The position numbers and the translations under genes are program-made. A stretch of DNA of 64,000 nt from an uncultured Candidatus Binatia bacterium. GTDB taxonomy: Bacteria; Desulfobacterota; Binatia; Bin18. The stretch is taken from the NCBI GenBank assembly GCA_965214605.1, contig OZ243961.1:576001-640000 (forward strand), read 5' to 3'. Each line of letters begins with the position of its first letter. Positions within the stretch are counted from its first letter, which is position 1. The notes below the pieces were generated by a model. That model was given only the letters and a program-made list of their open reading frames with translations. It searched no databases and had not been told where the DNA came from. Shown piece after piece: positions 1-9,320 of the stretch.

Positions 1-1075
1 CTAAGACCGGCTCAGACAGATTGTAGGCAAACGAGACCCTTCGAAACTCGACCTCTCCCCGCAGCCCGGCGAGCCGCTTGCCGTGTCCAAGCCGCTCGAC
101 CTGGTCGACATCCAAGAACTCAAAAATCCGATCAATCGACACCCCGGTCCGTTCAATCCGTAGATATAAATCCATTAACATCTGGAGCGGACTAAAGGCC
201 CGAGTTTGGTAGGCCGAGAAGGCGACCAGCCCGCCGATACTCAGCTGCCCATCAATCACCAGGTAGCCGCCATATAAGGTGGTCAACGCACCGCCGAGAA
301 ACGTGGTAGCGGTCGAGGCACTGCTGGCAGCATAGCCCAGCATTTCGTAGCGCGTCACCATACTCACAAATTGTCTACCTAGTGCGCCCAACCGCCCGAG
401 CTGCACCTGCTCGACCCCGAACAGTTTGATAAAGCGTACCGCGGACAGCGATTCGATCAGAAAGGAAGAGAGCCGGGCGTTCAGCTCCCGCACTCGCCGC
501 GTCTCATCGACTAGCCGGGGGCGAACCTTGTTGACGCCGTACAGCTGTAGCGGCACAACTAGCAGGGCGACCACACACAGCTTCCAGTTCAGCCACACCA
601 AAAAGCCCATGGTTGCGATCAGGACAAACACGTTCGACACAAAAGTAAAGGCCGCGTCGGTCAGCACCGCCTGGACTTCGGCAATGTCGGTGTTGAGCCG
701 CGACAGCAGGTCACCGACCCGATTATGGGTATGAAAACGCAGCGACAGCGCCTGGAGATGGGCAAACACATGCTGACGTAGGGAGAACAGAATATGGGCG
801 GTTATTTGGGTGTAATAGTAGCGGTTACAAGCCCCGATCACATAGCCGGCGGCCGTCACCAAGACCATCACTCCGCTCAACACAAACAGCAAGTGCAGAT
901 TCTTGGCTAGCAGCACGTCGTCAATCAGAATCTTGGTAAAAATTGGCCACAGCAGACCTAGAACAGTTCCAAACAGAGACAGTCCAAAGACCATAATGAG
1001 ACGCCGGACAAACGGCGTGACAAAGGGCAGCAGACGGCGGAAGCGTGATAGGGAAGTGACGACGGACGGTCTCAT
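1..1075 (-). CDS. ABC transporter permease/ATP-binding protein (N-terminal part; runs off window)
   Basis: Manual translation from ATG at 1075: MRPSVVTSLSRFRRLLPFV...ILIDDVLL...GDLLSRLNTD...GEVEFRRVSFAY. This is an ABC exporter TM domain leading into an NBD. Confidence 0.85.
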   Translation of the reverse strand, partial: MRPSVVTSLSRFRRLLPFVTPFVRRLIMVFGLSLFGTVLGLLWPIFTKILIDDVLLAKNLHLLFVLSGVMVLVTAAGYVIGACNRYYYTQITAHILFSLRQHVFAHLQALSLRFHTHNRVGDLLSRLNTDIAEVQAVLTDAAFTFVSNVFVLIATMGFLVWLNWKLCVVALLVVPLQLYGVNKVRPRLVDETRRVRELNARLSSFLIESLSAVRFIKLFGVEQVQLGRLGALGRQFVSMVTRYEMLGYAASSASTATTFLGGALTTLYGGYLVIDGQLSIGGLVAFSAYQTRAFSPLQMLMDLYLRIERTGVSIDRIFEFLDVDQVERLGHGKRLAGLRGEVEFRRVSFAYNLSEPVL

Positions 1076-1214
1076 AGGCGATCCAGCGCTGGACTACGGG
1101 GCATATCCGCCCGTCCTCGCCTCTGGTAGGATCGGGGGGCGCTTGCCCTGTGGCTTTTCTTAGCCGATCGTAGGCCAGTCTACCAGGGGAAGAGACCTTA
1201 AATAGGTGCGAGCC

Positions 1215-2750
1215 ATGGCTCAAACGGAGGAGTTTGCTGGGCTGCCGACGCACAGCGATGTTATCGTGGCCGGCGGCGGACCGGCCGGAGCGACGATCGC
1301 CCGCCTGTTATCGGGCTATGGCCTGCGGGTTGTGGTGCTGGAAAGACACACGTTGCCCCGTTATCAGATCGGCGAATCGCTTACCCCGCGTATTCTGCCC
1401 ATTTTTGACTTTCTCAACATTCGTGCCGAGGTTGAGCGGGCCGGCTTTTTGCCCATTGCCGGCCACACGGTGTGCTGGGGGGAGGCTCAGCCACGCACGA
1501 CGTATTACAGCCCGGACCATAGCCGGCGCGGCTTGCAGGTCTGGCGAGCGGATTTTGATGTCCTGCTCCTAGATCAGGCCCGGCAGGCCGGGGTGCAGGT
1601 CTTTGAAGGCCAGGCGGTTGAGGCGGTCAGCCTGGCCCAGGACAGCGCCGCGGTGCAGGTGCGGACCGCGTCCCAACACCGCATCATGGCAGACTTCTTT
1701 ATTGACGCGACCGGTCGCAGCGGGCTGCTGGCACGCCAAGGCTTACGCCGGCGTAATCGTCGCTTTCAGACCCTGGCCCTGACCGCCTATTGGCAAAACG
1801 TGGCCGAGCCCGCAGGCATTGATCGCGGCAACACGCTGATTGAAGCCTACGCCAACGGCATGGTGTGGTCTCTAGCCTTGCATACTGGGCTGAGGAACGT
1901 CACGCTGCTGGTCGACTGGCGGGCGGGGTCTGACATCCGACGGACTAGCGTGGCCGATTGCTACTACGCGGAGCTTGGGAAAGCCCCCTACATCTCCGGC
2001 CTGTTGGCAGGGGCCCAGATTGCCACCCCACCCCGTGCCACCGACGCCACCCTGTACACCGCGACGCAGTTTGGTGACCCTCGCTTTTTACTCGTGGGAG
2101 ATGCCGGGCTGTTTATCGATCCGCTGTCCTCTGAAGGTGTCCACAAAGCCATGGCCTCAGCCATGACCGGGGCGGTGGTGGCCAACACTCTTCTTCGGCG
2201 ACCGGCCATGCGGTCCCATGCGCTCAGCTTTTACGAACGGCGTCAGCGCCAAACCTATATCTCGCACTACCATCAGTCGCTCGCCTATTATCGGCAGGAA
2301 CAACGCTGGCCCAAGTCTGCCTTTTGGCGCGCCCGAGCGAGCGAAACTCCCGCCCAGGAGTTCTCGTCCCCTCCACCTGTCTCCCGTCCCCCCGCCTCCC
2401 GCAAACTGTCGCACCTCCAATGGGCACCCGGCGTGTCTGTCCAGCAGCGACCAACAATCGCGGGGACCTATGTCAGCCTGCAGGACACGGTTATCGCCCC
2501 CCACTATCCCGATGGCGTCCGCTTTCTGGATCGGTTATGCCTGCCGACCGTACTCAAAATCATGGCCCAACAGCCCGCTATCGGCGATATTATCTCCGCC
2601 TATCTGCACCATCCGGATGGACGGGGCTGTCCGCCCGAAGCGGTTCGACAGGGTTTAGCCCGCTGCTTTCAGGAAGGGATTGTGGTCGAGGCGGGGCACG
2701 CGGCGGTTCAGCGGGCTTCGGTCGATGCTTCGGCATTCACCAAACGATAA
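1215..2750 (+). CDS. FAD-dependent oxidoreductase, flavin-dependent halogenase/geranylgeranyl-reductase-like
   Basis: GGGPAG Rossmann motif, PRYQIGESL, IDATGR, GDAGLFIDPLSSEGVHKA. Confidence 0.8.
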   Translation: MAQTEEFAGLPTHSDVIVAGGGPAGATIARLLSGYGLRVVVLERHTLPRYQIGESLTPRILPIFDFLNIRAEVERAGFLPIAGHTVCWGEAQPRTTYYSPDHSRRGLQVWRADFDVLLLDQARQAGVQVFEGQAVEAVSLAQDSAAVQVRTASQHRIMADFFIDATGRSGLLARQGLRRRNRRFQTLALTAYWQNVAEPAGIDRGNTLIEAYANGMVWSLALHTGLRNVTLLVDWRAGSDIRRTSVADCYYAELGKAPYISGLLAGAQIATPPRATDATLYTATQFGDPRFLLVGDAGLFIDPLSSEGVHKAMASAMTGAVVANTLLRRPAMRSHALSFYERRQRQTYISHYHQSLAYYRQEQRWPKSAFWRARASETPAQEFSSPPPVSRPPASRKLSHLQWAPGVSVQQRPTIAGTYVSLQDTVIAPHYPDGVRFLDRLCLPTVLKIMAQQPAIGDIISAYLHHPDGRGCPPEAVRQGLARCFQEGIVVEAGHAAVQRASVDASAFTKR

Positions 2751-3268
2751 TCGCGGACCAAATCGTCCAACAGCACGCCCAAGGCGTCTTCAACGCTGTG
2801 GACAAAACTGTTCCGCAAGGTCAGGGCTAGTTTTCCCTCGGCCCAGGTTGGCGCCAGCATCGTCATCTGCTCGGTCCGGGTCAGGCGGACAATCTGGCGG
2901 ACTTCCACATCTAGACAGTAGGCCAATACCCTGCTCGAATGCTCAACACTGTGCAGTGACACGACCAGCACGGTCGGAAAATCACCTACCTGAAAAGCCG
3001 CCCGACGCAGCCGCTTGTTGGCGACGCCTCGGAGTCGGACACGGTCCATGCCCAGGGCGCGGGCCGTCCGACTCACCGAGCCGATCTCAAGCTGAAAGCC
3101 CCTCACGCCATACAGGGTTGTTGCGTCCGCCCCGGCGTTCAGTCCCAGGGCCGGGGACAGCACCAGCAGCAGGCTTAGTCCCAGACCCAGCACCCACAGG
3201 CCCGCCCGGTCAGGATGGGCGGGTTCCGAGTGCGCTTCCTCAGATCGCTTCGCTCCACCCTTTTCCAT
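2708..3268 (-). CDS. hypothetical exported/membrane protein
   Basis: 186-aa ORF with a hydrophobic N-terminal segment; follows the 3290-3739 ORF on the same strand. Confidence 0.6.
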   Translation of the reverse strand: MEKGGAKRSEEAHSEPAHPDRAGLWVLGLGLSLLLVLSPALGLNAGADATTLYGVRGFQLEIGSVSRTARALGMDRVRLRGVANKRLRRAAFQVGDFPTVLVVSLHSVEHSSRVLAYCLDVEVRQIVRLTRTEQMTMLAPTWAEGKLALTLRNSFVHSVEDALGVLLDDLVRDYRLVNAEASTEAR

Positions 3269-3289
3269 ACTCGGCCCTCGGCCACGTCC

Positions 3290-3739
3290 TCATCTCTGTC
3301 CCCCCTGTTCCTTCTCATACTGCAGTCGGACCGCCTTCTCAATCAAACCGAACAGCCGGTCTTGTTTTTCAGCGGAGAGAGAATGGATCGATTTTTGGAT
3401 TAATTCAGCGCTCTGCTGCAAATCGCGCGCGCTCGCCTCAGCCCCTTTTTGGGAGAGAACGACAAAGGCATGGCGCTCGTGTTCGGGCAACCCCTGCAGG
3501 GCCTCGTCGTACAAACGAGCCATCTCTTGTTGTTCGGGTGGGGACAGCAGCTGGCGGCCGAGGCGGGACAGCTCAATGCCCCGGCGGGCGGCGGGCACGC
3601 CGGGTTCTTCCAGGATCTTGCGCCAGCCCTCTCTGGGGACCGGGCGAGAGTTCCAGGCAAAAATTATCAAGACGCTCGCCACGGCCACAAAAGCCAACAC
3701 TAACCAAGAGCCGCGTTTGGATGCAGACGTGCCTGCCAT
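3290..3739 (-). CDS. hypothetical membrane-anchored helical protein
   Basis: 149-aa ORF with an N-terminal TM segment and a helical body. Confidence 0.65.
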   Translation of the reverse strand: MAGTSASKRGSWLVLAFVAVASVLIIFAWNSRPVPREGWRKILEEPGVPAARRGIELSRLGRQLLSPPEQQEMARLYDEALQGLPEHERHAFVVLSQKGAEASARDLQQSAELIQKSIHSLSAEKQDRLFGLIEKAVRLQYEKEQGGQR

Positions 3740-3819
3740 GACTGTTCATTAAAGGACTTTCAGCCGACCGACAAGGGCGGCTGGCCGTTCCCGAACACCC
3801 AGGCTATGCTCTCAACACC

Positions 3820-4440
3820 ATGACCAACCACAATGCCGATCAGCCTATTGCGCTGCCCAAGTTGCTCGGACGGGTTGGTATTTTAGGCGGGACAGAGCAG
3901 GACAAGACAAATCTGTGCCTCGCTCTGGCCCACCAGCACGCCCAGCAACACCGTCCGGTTGTATGTGTCGATGCCCGACGGTACAGGGCCACGGAAATCC
4001 AGTTTCGCCTCCTGATGCGAGACAAGGCTTGCTATCTTCCCCTCGCCTCTCCAACCCAGCTGCCTCAAGAGGTGCTACGCAGCGTTCTGGGCGCGGTTGC
4101 TCAAGGCTTGCGACACGGACAGCCCCCTCCCTCCCCCGCCCTCATCCTGATCGATGGTGTAGACGCCGGGGACGGCTGGGAGCGCAGCCTGGCTTTTGTT
4201 CTCAGGGCCGGAGCAATTGTGGTGTCGTTTCTGAACTCGGCCCTAAAGGCCACCCTTGGTCGCTATGACACGCTCCTTGTCCTGCGCACAGAAGCAGAAG
4301 CTGAGGCGGTCAGCCGGGCGGTAGGTCGCAAAGTGAGCCCAGAGGCAATTGTCAGCCTGCCGTCGGGCCAGGCGTGGCTGATCCATTTGACGCGGGCCTA
4401 TCGGGTCAGGCTGCCGGCCGGGCTGATGGACGAAGCCTGA
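3820..4440 (+). CDS. degenerate P-loop NTPase-like protein (HerA/TraD-like fold)
   Basis: Walker-A-like GILGGTEQDKT, VVCVD, Walker-B-like LILIDG, and C-terminal 'IVSLPSGQAW'. Confidence 0.5.
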   Translation: MTNHNADQPIALPKLLGRVGILGGTEQDKTNLCLALAHQHAQQHRPVVCVDARRYRATEIQFRLLMRDKACYLPLASPTQLPQEVLRSVLGAVAQGLRHGQPPPSPALILIDGVDAGDGWERSLAFVLRAGAIVVSFLNSALKATLGRYDTLLVLRTEAEAEAVSRAVGRKVSPEAIVSLPSGQAWLIHLTRAYRVRLPAGLMDEA

Positions 4441-4509
4441 ACCGGGGCCTTTTCCGTTGACAAGGGTGCGCAGAGCAGGGAATAATTCTGAGGGGCAGGG
4501 AGCGAGCAT

Positions 4510-5493
4510 ATGCGCATTGTCATACTCGGAGCAGGCGGTGTGGGTTCAGTTATCGGCGGCTATTTGGCCCGTAACGGGGCCGATGTCATTATGCTTGCCC
4601 GGCCGGGCCATGCGGCGGCGGTGCAACAGCACGGCTTGCAGGTCAGCGGCCTCGTCAACTTTCGGACTCCGGTCGCCAGCTTTGCCCAGGCCAAGCATAT
4701 TCAGGAAGCCGATATCCTTCTCATTACGGTGAAAACCAAGGATATGCAGTCGGCCCTCGCCGGGGTTGCCCATATGCAGATTGGTGGAGCTGCCTCGCTC
4801 CAAAACGGCATGATCAAAAACGACCAGATTGCCCAGGTGTTCGGTCAGGAAAAAGTCATTGGAGCAACCACCATGCTTGGAGCGGCTCTGCGCCGAGACG
4901 GTGAGGTCGAATACACCCTGGACGGTATCACCTTTTTTGGTGAACTCGACGGGCGCCTCTCAGACCGGGTCAACACGATTGTCCGGGCTTTTGTGGACGC
5001 CGAGCTTAAAGCCGGCGGAGTCACCGACATCATTGCCGTTGAGTGGACCAAACAAGCCTTTCAGAATCCGTTCGCCACGATTTCAGCCATGACCCGCCTG
5101 CCCATGCATCGGGTGTGGGCCAGCCCACAGCTGGCGACGCTGTCGGTCCACATGTTTCGCGAGGTTGCCGCGATTGCCAAGGCCAAGGACGTTGTCCTGT
5201 CCGAACAGCCGAGCTGGAGCCTGTTTAACCTTGAGGTCATGTGTCACGCTCCGTTTGACGAGGCCGTCAAACGGCTGGTCGAGGTCGGCAGGGGGATTGA
5301 GGCCGGCGGCCGGACCCGCATTATTCCGTCCATGCTCCAAGATGTCCGGGCCGGCAAAAAAACCGAGATTGATGAAACCGTCGGCTATGTGTACCAAGAA
5401 GGCCGGCGGCTCGGCATCCCGGTCCCCTACACCGAGTTCGCCTATCGCAGCGTCAAGGCGATCGAAGAGAATTTTGACGCCCAGGTCGGCTGA
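4510..5493 (+). CDS. panE: ketopantoate reductase (PanE/ApbA) family
   Basis: ILGAGGVG, ITVKT, SLQNG, EWTK, SMLQDVRAGKKTEID. Confidence 0.85.
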   Translation: MRIVILGAGGVGSVIGGYLARNGADVIMLARPGHAAAVQQHGLQVSGLVNFRTPVASFAQAKHIQEADILLITVKTKDMQSALAGVAHMQIGGAASLQNGMIKNDQIAQVFGQEKVIGATTMLGAALRRDGEVEYTLDGITFFGELDGRLSDRVNTIVRAFVDAELKAGGVTDIIAVEWTKQAFQNPFATISAMTRLPMHRVWASPQLATLSVHMFREVAAIAKAKDVVLSEQPSWSLFNLEVMCHAPFDEAVKRLVEVGRGIEAGGRTRIIPSMLQDVRAGKKTEIDETVGYVYQEGRRLGIPVPYTEFAYRSVKAIEENFDAQVG

Positions 5494-5499
5494 GACGCT

Positions 5500-6756
5500 C
5501 TATGCCTGGTCTGGAATCCGCAGAGTCCTGCCAATTCGCAGCCGCGAGTTGCCCAGTTGATTGATCTGCATCAGCGCCCGGACCGAGGTTCCATAGCGGC
5601 GAGCGAGGTGTGACAGAGTATCGCCCCGGCGGATGGTATGCAGACGCGGCTGCCGGACCACGCGCGGCTGCGTCCGGTGGTCTGGAATCCAGAGTTCCTG
5701 GCCAACCGCAATGCGCGAGGTACGCAGTCCATTGGTCCGCATCAGCGTTCGGACCGAGGTGTCGTAGCGGCGGGCGAGATGGCTCAAGGTGTCTCCAGCC
5801 CGGACCGTATAGAGTCGGCTCTTGGCCGAGTCCGCGTTCGGCCTAGGAGCAGATCGGGACCGGGAAGGCGTCCGCGCGGCAAGCTGAACGGGCGACCCCG
5901 GAGAGGAGTTCGACGGTAAAGGGATGCTGAGCCGGTGACCCGCGACAAGTTGCTGCAAATACCACAGGTCGTTGTCCTGACGCAGAGCGTCACGATCAAC
6001 GCCAAAAGCGCGGGCCAGATTCAGGGTCGAGTCGCCAATCCGTGAGGTATAGGACAGCGTTGTCCCGTCCAGCTCAAAAACGGCCGGCGAATACGGATCG
6101 GGAGAGGCAAGCAGCATACCGGCGTGCAGCTGATGGGCGGCAAGTACGGGGTTGTACAGGCGCAGCAGGATCTCTGGGACGCCTGTTGTGCGTGCTGCCG
6201 AGGGCCAGTCCTCACCCGGCCGCACCCGCCGCAGTCGCAGACGTTCGGCCTGACGCCGGATTGCGGGTTCATGCAGGCGCAACACCGATTTATACTGCTC
6301 AATCTGTATTACATCATGGAGGACGGATAGCGGCAGAGCTGGCCGAGAGGTGAGTACCTGAGGGCCGCCGACATAGGCAGCCAACACATAGTCGTGGCGC
6401 TTCAAGCGCTCGGTAAGCTCGGCAAACCTCCGTATTCCGACTTCAAGATTGGCCTCGGCAGTATTTGCAGTTGCCTCCTCGGGGCCAGTCCGTAAATAGA
6501 CGTTGCGCTGCAGTTCGCCCGAGGCGGACACAAAAGAGTCATTCCCTCCAGACTGGTACAGCATCAACGCCCGGGCCAGACGCGGATCAACCCCGTAACG
6601 GTCCGCAGCATTAAACAGCAGGGCCTCAATCTGCATGCTTTTGCGGTACATACCGACAAAAGACGGGGACAGATCAGGTTTGGCCGACACCGCCTGAGTC
6701 CATAGCAACACGGCCATGCTCAAAATAAGCTGGCTTCCTAGGCTGCGCTTGCCCAT
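5500..6756 (-). CDS. LysM peptidoglycan-binding protein with SLT-like N-terminal domain
   Basis: Signal peptide, AADRYGVDPRLARAL (SLT-like), and LysM repeats YTVRAGDTLSHLARRY and HTIRRGDTLSHLARRYG. Confidence 0.85.
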   Translation of the reverse strand: MGKRSLGSQLILSMAVLLWTQAVSAKPDLSPSFVGMYRKSMQIEALLFNAADRYGVDPRLARALMLYQSGGNDSFVSASGELQRNVYLRTGPEEATANTAEANLEVGIRRFAELTERLKRHDYVLAAYVGGPQVLTSRPALPLSVLHDVIQIEQYKSVLRLHEPAIRRQAERLRLRRVRPGEDWPSAARTTGVPEILLRLYNPVLAAHQLHAGMLLASPDPYSPAVFELDGTTLSYTSRIGDSTLNLARAFGVDRDALRQDNDLWYLQQLVAGHRLSIPLPSNSSPGSPVQLAARTPSRSRSAPRPNADSAKSRLYTVRAGDTLSHLARRYDTSVRTLMRTNGLRTSRIAVGQELWIPDHRTQPRVVRQPRLHTIRRGDTLSHLARRYGTSVRALMQINQLGNSRLRIGRTLRIPDQA

Positions 6757-7001
6757 TGTCCACCTTTCCTCTCCTCAACAGCTTACGAGCTAGCGTCTGC
6801 AAAAACCCTCTGCAAAAGCTTCAATTGTCGAACTGGGGACTCCTATTATTGCTGTCAAAAGCACAGATCTCAAGCCGGACGAAGAATTTTCTTGCTCCTG
6901 CCCTTGGTCAGGTTCCATCCACCGCCCCCCGCCATTGAGAAACCCAACTATTTTGCCTATGGTGTGCTAAAGCTGCGTCAACGCCTGTGCGAGGAGGGAC
7001 A

Positions 7002-7103
7002 ATGGACAGGAGTCAAGGACAGGGACCGGCCTGGATTGTGTTTTTAGTCTGGATGCTCATTCCGCTCTTGGTTTTCTTTTTGATCGTTACGTTTACCGGC
7101 TAA
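7002..7103 (+). CDS. 33-aa small single-pass membrane protein (below ORF-track cutoff)
   Basis: GAGGAGG RBS, then MDRSQGQGPAWIVFLVWMLIPLLVFFLIVTFTG*; lies directly upstream of the DsbA-like gene. Confidence 0.55.
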   Translation: MDRSQGQGPAWIVFLVWMLIPLLVFFLIVTFTG

Positions 7104-7122
7104 GCCGGTTTCAGTAAGGAAA

Positions 7123-8154
7123 GTGGCTATGAAAACAGGCCGGTTCGTCGCTGGAGCCGTGCTCGGTTGGTTGCTGGGCTTCCCCTTCCTGGTGTTTTGC
7201 CAACAGACCGAGCCGGTCGCAAAAGCCAACGCTGTTCTGGCCACAATCGAAGGCTATTCCATCACCCAATCCGATATTGAGGAACGTACCAAGAGCGACA
7301 TGCTCCGCCTCAATAATCAGATTTACGCGGTCAAGAAACGGGCCGTTAACGCCCTGATTGATGAGCGACTGATGGAGATCGAAGCCGGCAAACATGGCCT
7401 CTCGCTCCAGGAGCTGTTAGAGCGCGAGGTCACAGACAAGGCGAAGGCGGTCACTGAAGAAGAAATCGAGGCATTCTACAAGGCCAACAAAACTCGTCTG
7501 GGCAATAAGCCACTGGACGAGCTGAGAGACCGTATTGCCCGGCAGTTGCAGGGGGCCGCCCAGCGCGGGCGTCGACAGGCGTTCGTTCAGGAGTTGCGTA
7601 AAGCGGCCGCCATCACCATGAACCTCAAGCCGCCAATTGTTGAGGTGGCAATTGATGGTGCCCCGACCCTGGGTCCGGCCGAGGCTCCGGTCACCGTGGT
7701 CGAGTTTGGCGACTACGAATGCCCATACTGCGCCCGAGTTCAGCCCACCCTTCATAAAATCCGAGAGACCTATAAAGGTCAGGTCAAGTTCGTGTTTAAA
7801 GACTTCCCGCTATCCATTCACCCCCAAGCCCAAAAAGCGGCCGAAGCAGCCCGGTGTGCGGGACAGCAGGACAAGTACTGGGACTATCACGACGTGTTGT
7901 TCCGTAATACCAAGGCCCTGCAAGTTGACAAGCTCAAACAATACGCGGCCGACCTGCAGCTCGACACGACGCGCTTCGACACCTGTTTGGACAGTGGCCA
8001 ACAGGCGGACGCAGTCCGCAGGGATCTCGCCCAGGGCTCACAGCTTGGGGTCAGCGGAACCCCCACCTTTTTTATCAACGGCCGCTTTTTTTCCGGGGCA
8101 CGACAGTTATCGGCCTTTCAGACAGTGATTGATGAGGTGCTAGCCGCAGACTGA
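7123..8154 (+). CDS. DsbA/thioredoxin-fold oxidoreductase with SurA-like N-terminal domain
   Basis: EFGDYECPYC, FKDFPL, GVSGTPTFFING. Confidence 0.9.
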   Translation: MAMKTGRFVAGAVLGWLLGFPFLVFCQQTEPVAKANAVLATIEGYSITQSDIEERTKSDMLRLNNQIYAVKKRAVNALIDERLMEIEAGKHGLSLQELLEREVTDKAKAVTEEEIEAFYKANKTRLGNKPLDELRDRIARQLQGAAQRGRRQAFVQELRKAAAITMNLKPPIVEVAIDGAPTLGPAEAPVTVVEFGDYECPYCARVQPTLHKIRETYKGQVKFVFKDFPLSIHPQAQKAAEAARCAGQQDKYWDYHDVLFRNTKALQVDKLKQYAADLQLDTTRFDTCLDSGQQADAVRRDLAQGSQLGVSGTPTFFINGRFFSGARQLSAFQTVIDEVLAAD

Positions 8155-8177
8155 GTGAGGGGCGGGGAAGCGGCTCA

Positions 8178-9242
8178 TCAGGTTTGCAGCGCAGGCATGA
8201 CCTGCTCGACAAACCGCCGCATGCTAGCCAAAACCTGGTTGTGGGGCACCAAGCCGCCTGGGTTAAACCAGCAGATGAGCTGATCCATCTTACACTGCCG
8301 GTGGACGGCGCGGATCTTTTCGACGCACTGCTCGGGCGGACCGTACAGCGCCATAGTATCGTCGATCAGCTCCCAGGTCACGGACTTCTGTCTCTGTCGG
8401 ACTTCCTGCAAATAGTCGTAGGATGCCGCCCGACTTTGACCCCGCTCCCCAAGCTCTGCCTGGGTCGTCACCGTCCGAAAATAGTGCATGATACTCGGCT
8501 CAACCTGTTGGCGTACCTGCAGCTGGCTATCGGCAACATACACGGGAAACAGTACTGCGCTGTCGGCCCGCTTATCCCGATGGCCGGCAGCCCGAAACGC
8601 CTGGTGGTAGCCGCCTAGATGCTGGGCGAGTTTGGGCATGGGATTAATCGGAGAGGCAACAAAGACGGGATAGCCGCGCTGGCCGGCAAAGGCGGCTGTT
8701 TCTGGGCTATTGGCCGCAATCCGCAGCGGCGGGTGCGGTTTTTGGAGCGGCTTGGGCACGACCGAGGTAGAGGGAATCTGGAAATAGCGGCCCTCAAATG
8801 CACAGGTGTCCTGGCTCCAGGCTTGCTCGATAATGGTCAGGGCTTCTTCAAAACGCTCTCGGCTCTCGTCCCTTGACACTCCCAGCCCCTGAAAATGAAT
8901 GGCGATTGTGCCGCGCCCCACCCCCAATTCAAGCCGTCCGTTGCTGAGGAGATCAACGGTCGCCGCGTCCTCGGCAGTCCGTAGCGGGTGCTGCAGTGAC
9001 AGCAGTGCCACGGCCAACCCCAAGCGAATGCGCCGCGTCCGCTCGGCCAGGGCCGCCGCAACGATTAATGGCGAGGGCATAATCGAAAACGGTCGGTTAA
9101 AGTGCAACTCAGCCAGCCAGGCCGTATCGAAACCTAGTTCATCCGCGTATTGGATCTGTTCGAGTGTCTCCTGGTATCGGCTGACCTCGTTTTGACCAGG
9201 AGCGCAGGGCAGCTGGTAAAAAAGACCGAATTTCATGGGCAA
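8178..9242 (-). CDS. LLM-class flavin-dependent oxidoreductase
   Basis: ADELGFDTAWLAELHF, HPLRTAEDAATVDLLSNGRLELGVGRG, PKPLQKPHPP. Confidence 0.92.
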   Translation of the reverse strand: MPMKFGLFYQLPCAPGQNEVSRYQETLEQIQYADELGFDTAWLAELHFNRPFSIMPSPLIVAAALAERTRRIRLGLAVALLSLQHPLRTAEDAATVDLLSNGRLELGVGRGTIAIHFQGLGVSRDESRERFEEALTIIEQAWSQDTCAFEGRYFQIPSTSVVPKPLQKPHPPLRIAANSPETAAFAGQRGYPVFVASPINPMPKLAQHLGGYHQAFRAAGHRDKRADSAVLFPVYVADSQLQVRQQVEPSIMHYFRTVTTQAELGERGQSRAASYDYLQEVRQRQKSVTWELIDDTMALYGPPEQCVEKIRAVHRQCKMDQLICWFNPGGLVPHNQVLASMRRFVEQVMPALQT

Positions 9243-9320
9243 GTCCTTCCGGGCGATGCACTGCGTTTCGGCGTACCCCTCTTGGCCACTCCAAAACGAC
9301 TATGGTAATTACCTCATACT

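Noticed and set aside
2680-3741. Long + strand 353-aa ORF and similar antisense ORFs (e.g. 15572-16438, 23604-24464)
   Set aside because: Pro/Arg/Ser-rich shadow frames typical of GC-rich DNA, overlapping better-supported genes or fragments.
3807-3827. 14/19 match of the amplified spacer over the start codon of ORF 3820, with a 5' TG
   Set aside because: About one match of this quality is expected by chance in 128 kb of both strands, and the first position mismatches. Not accepted as self-targeting.
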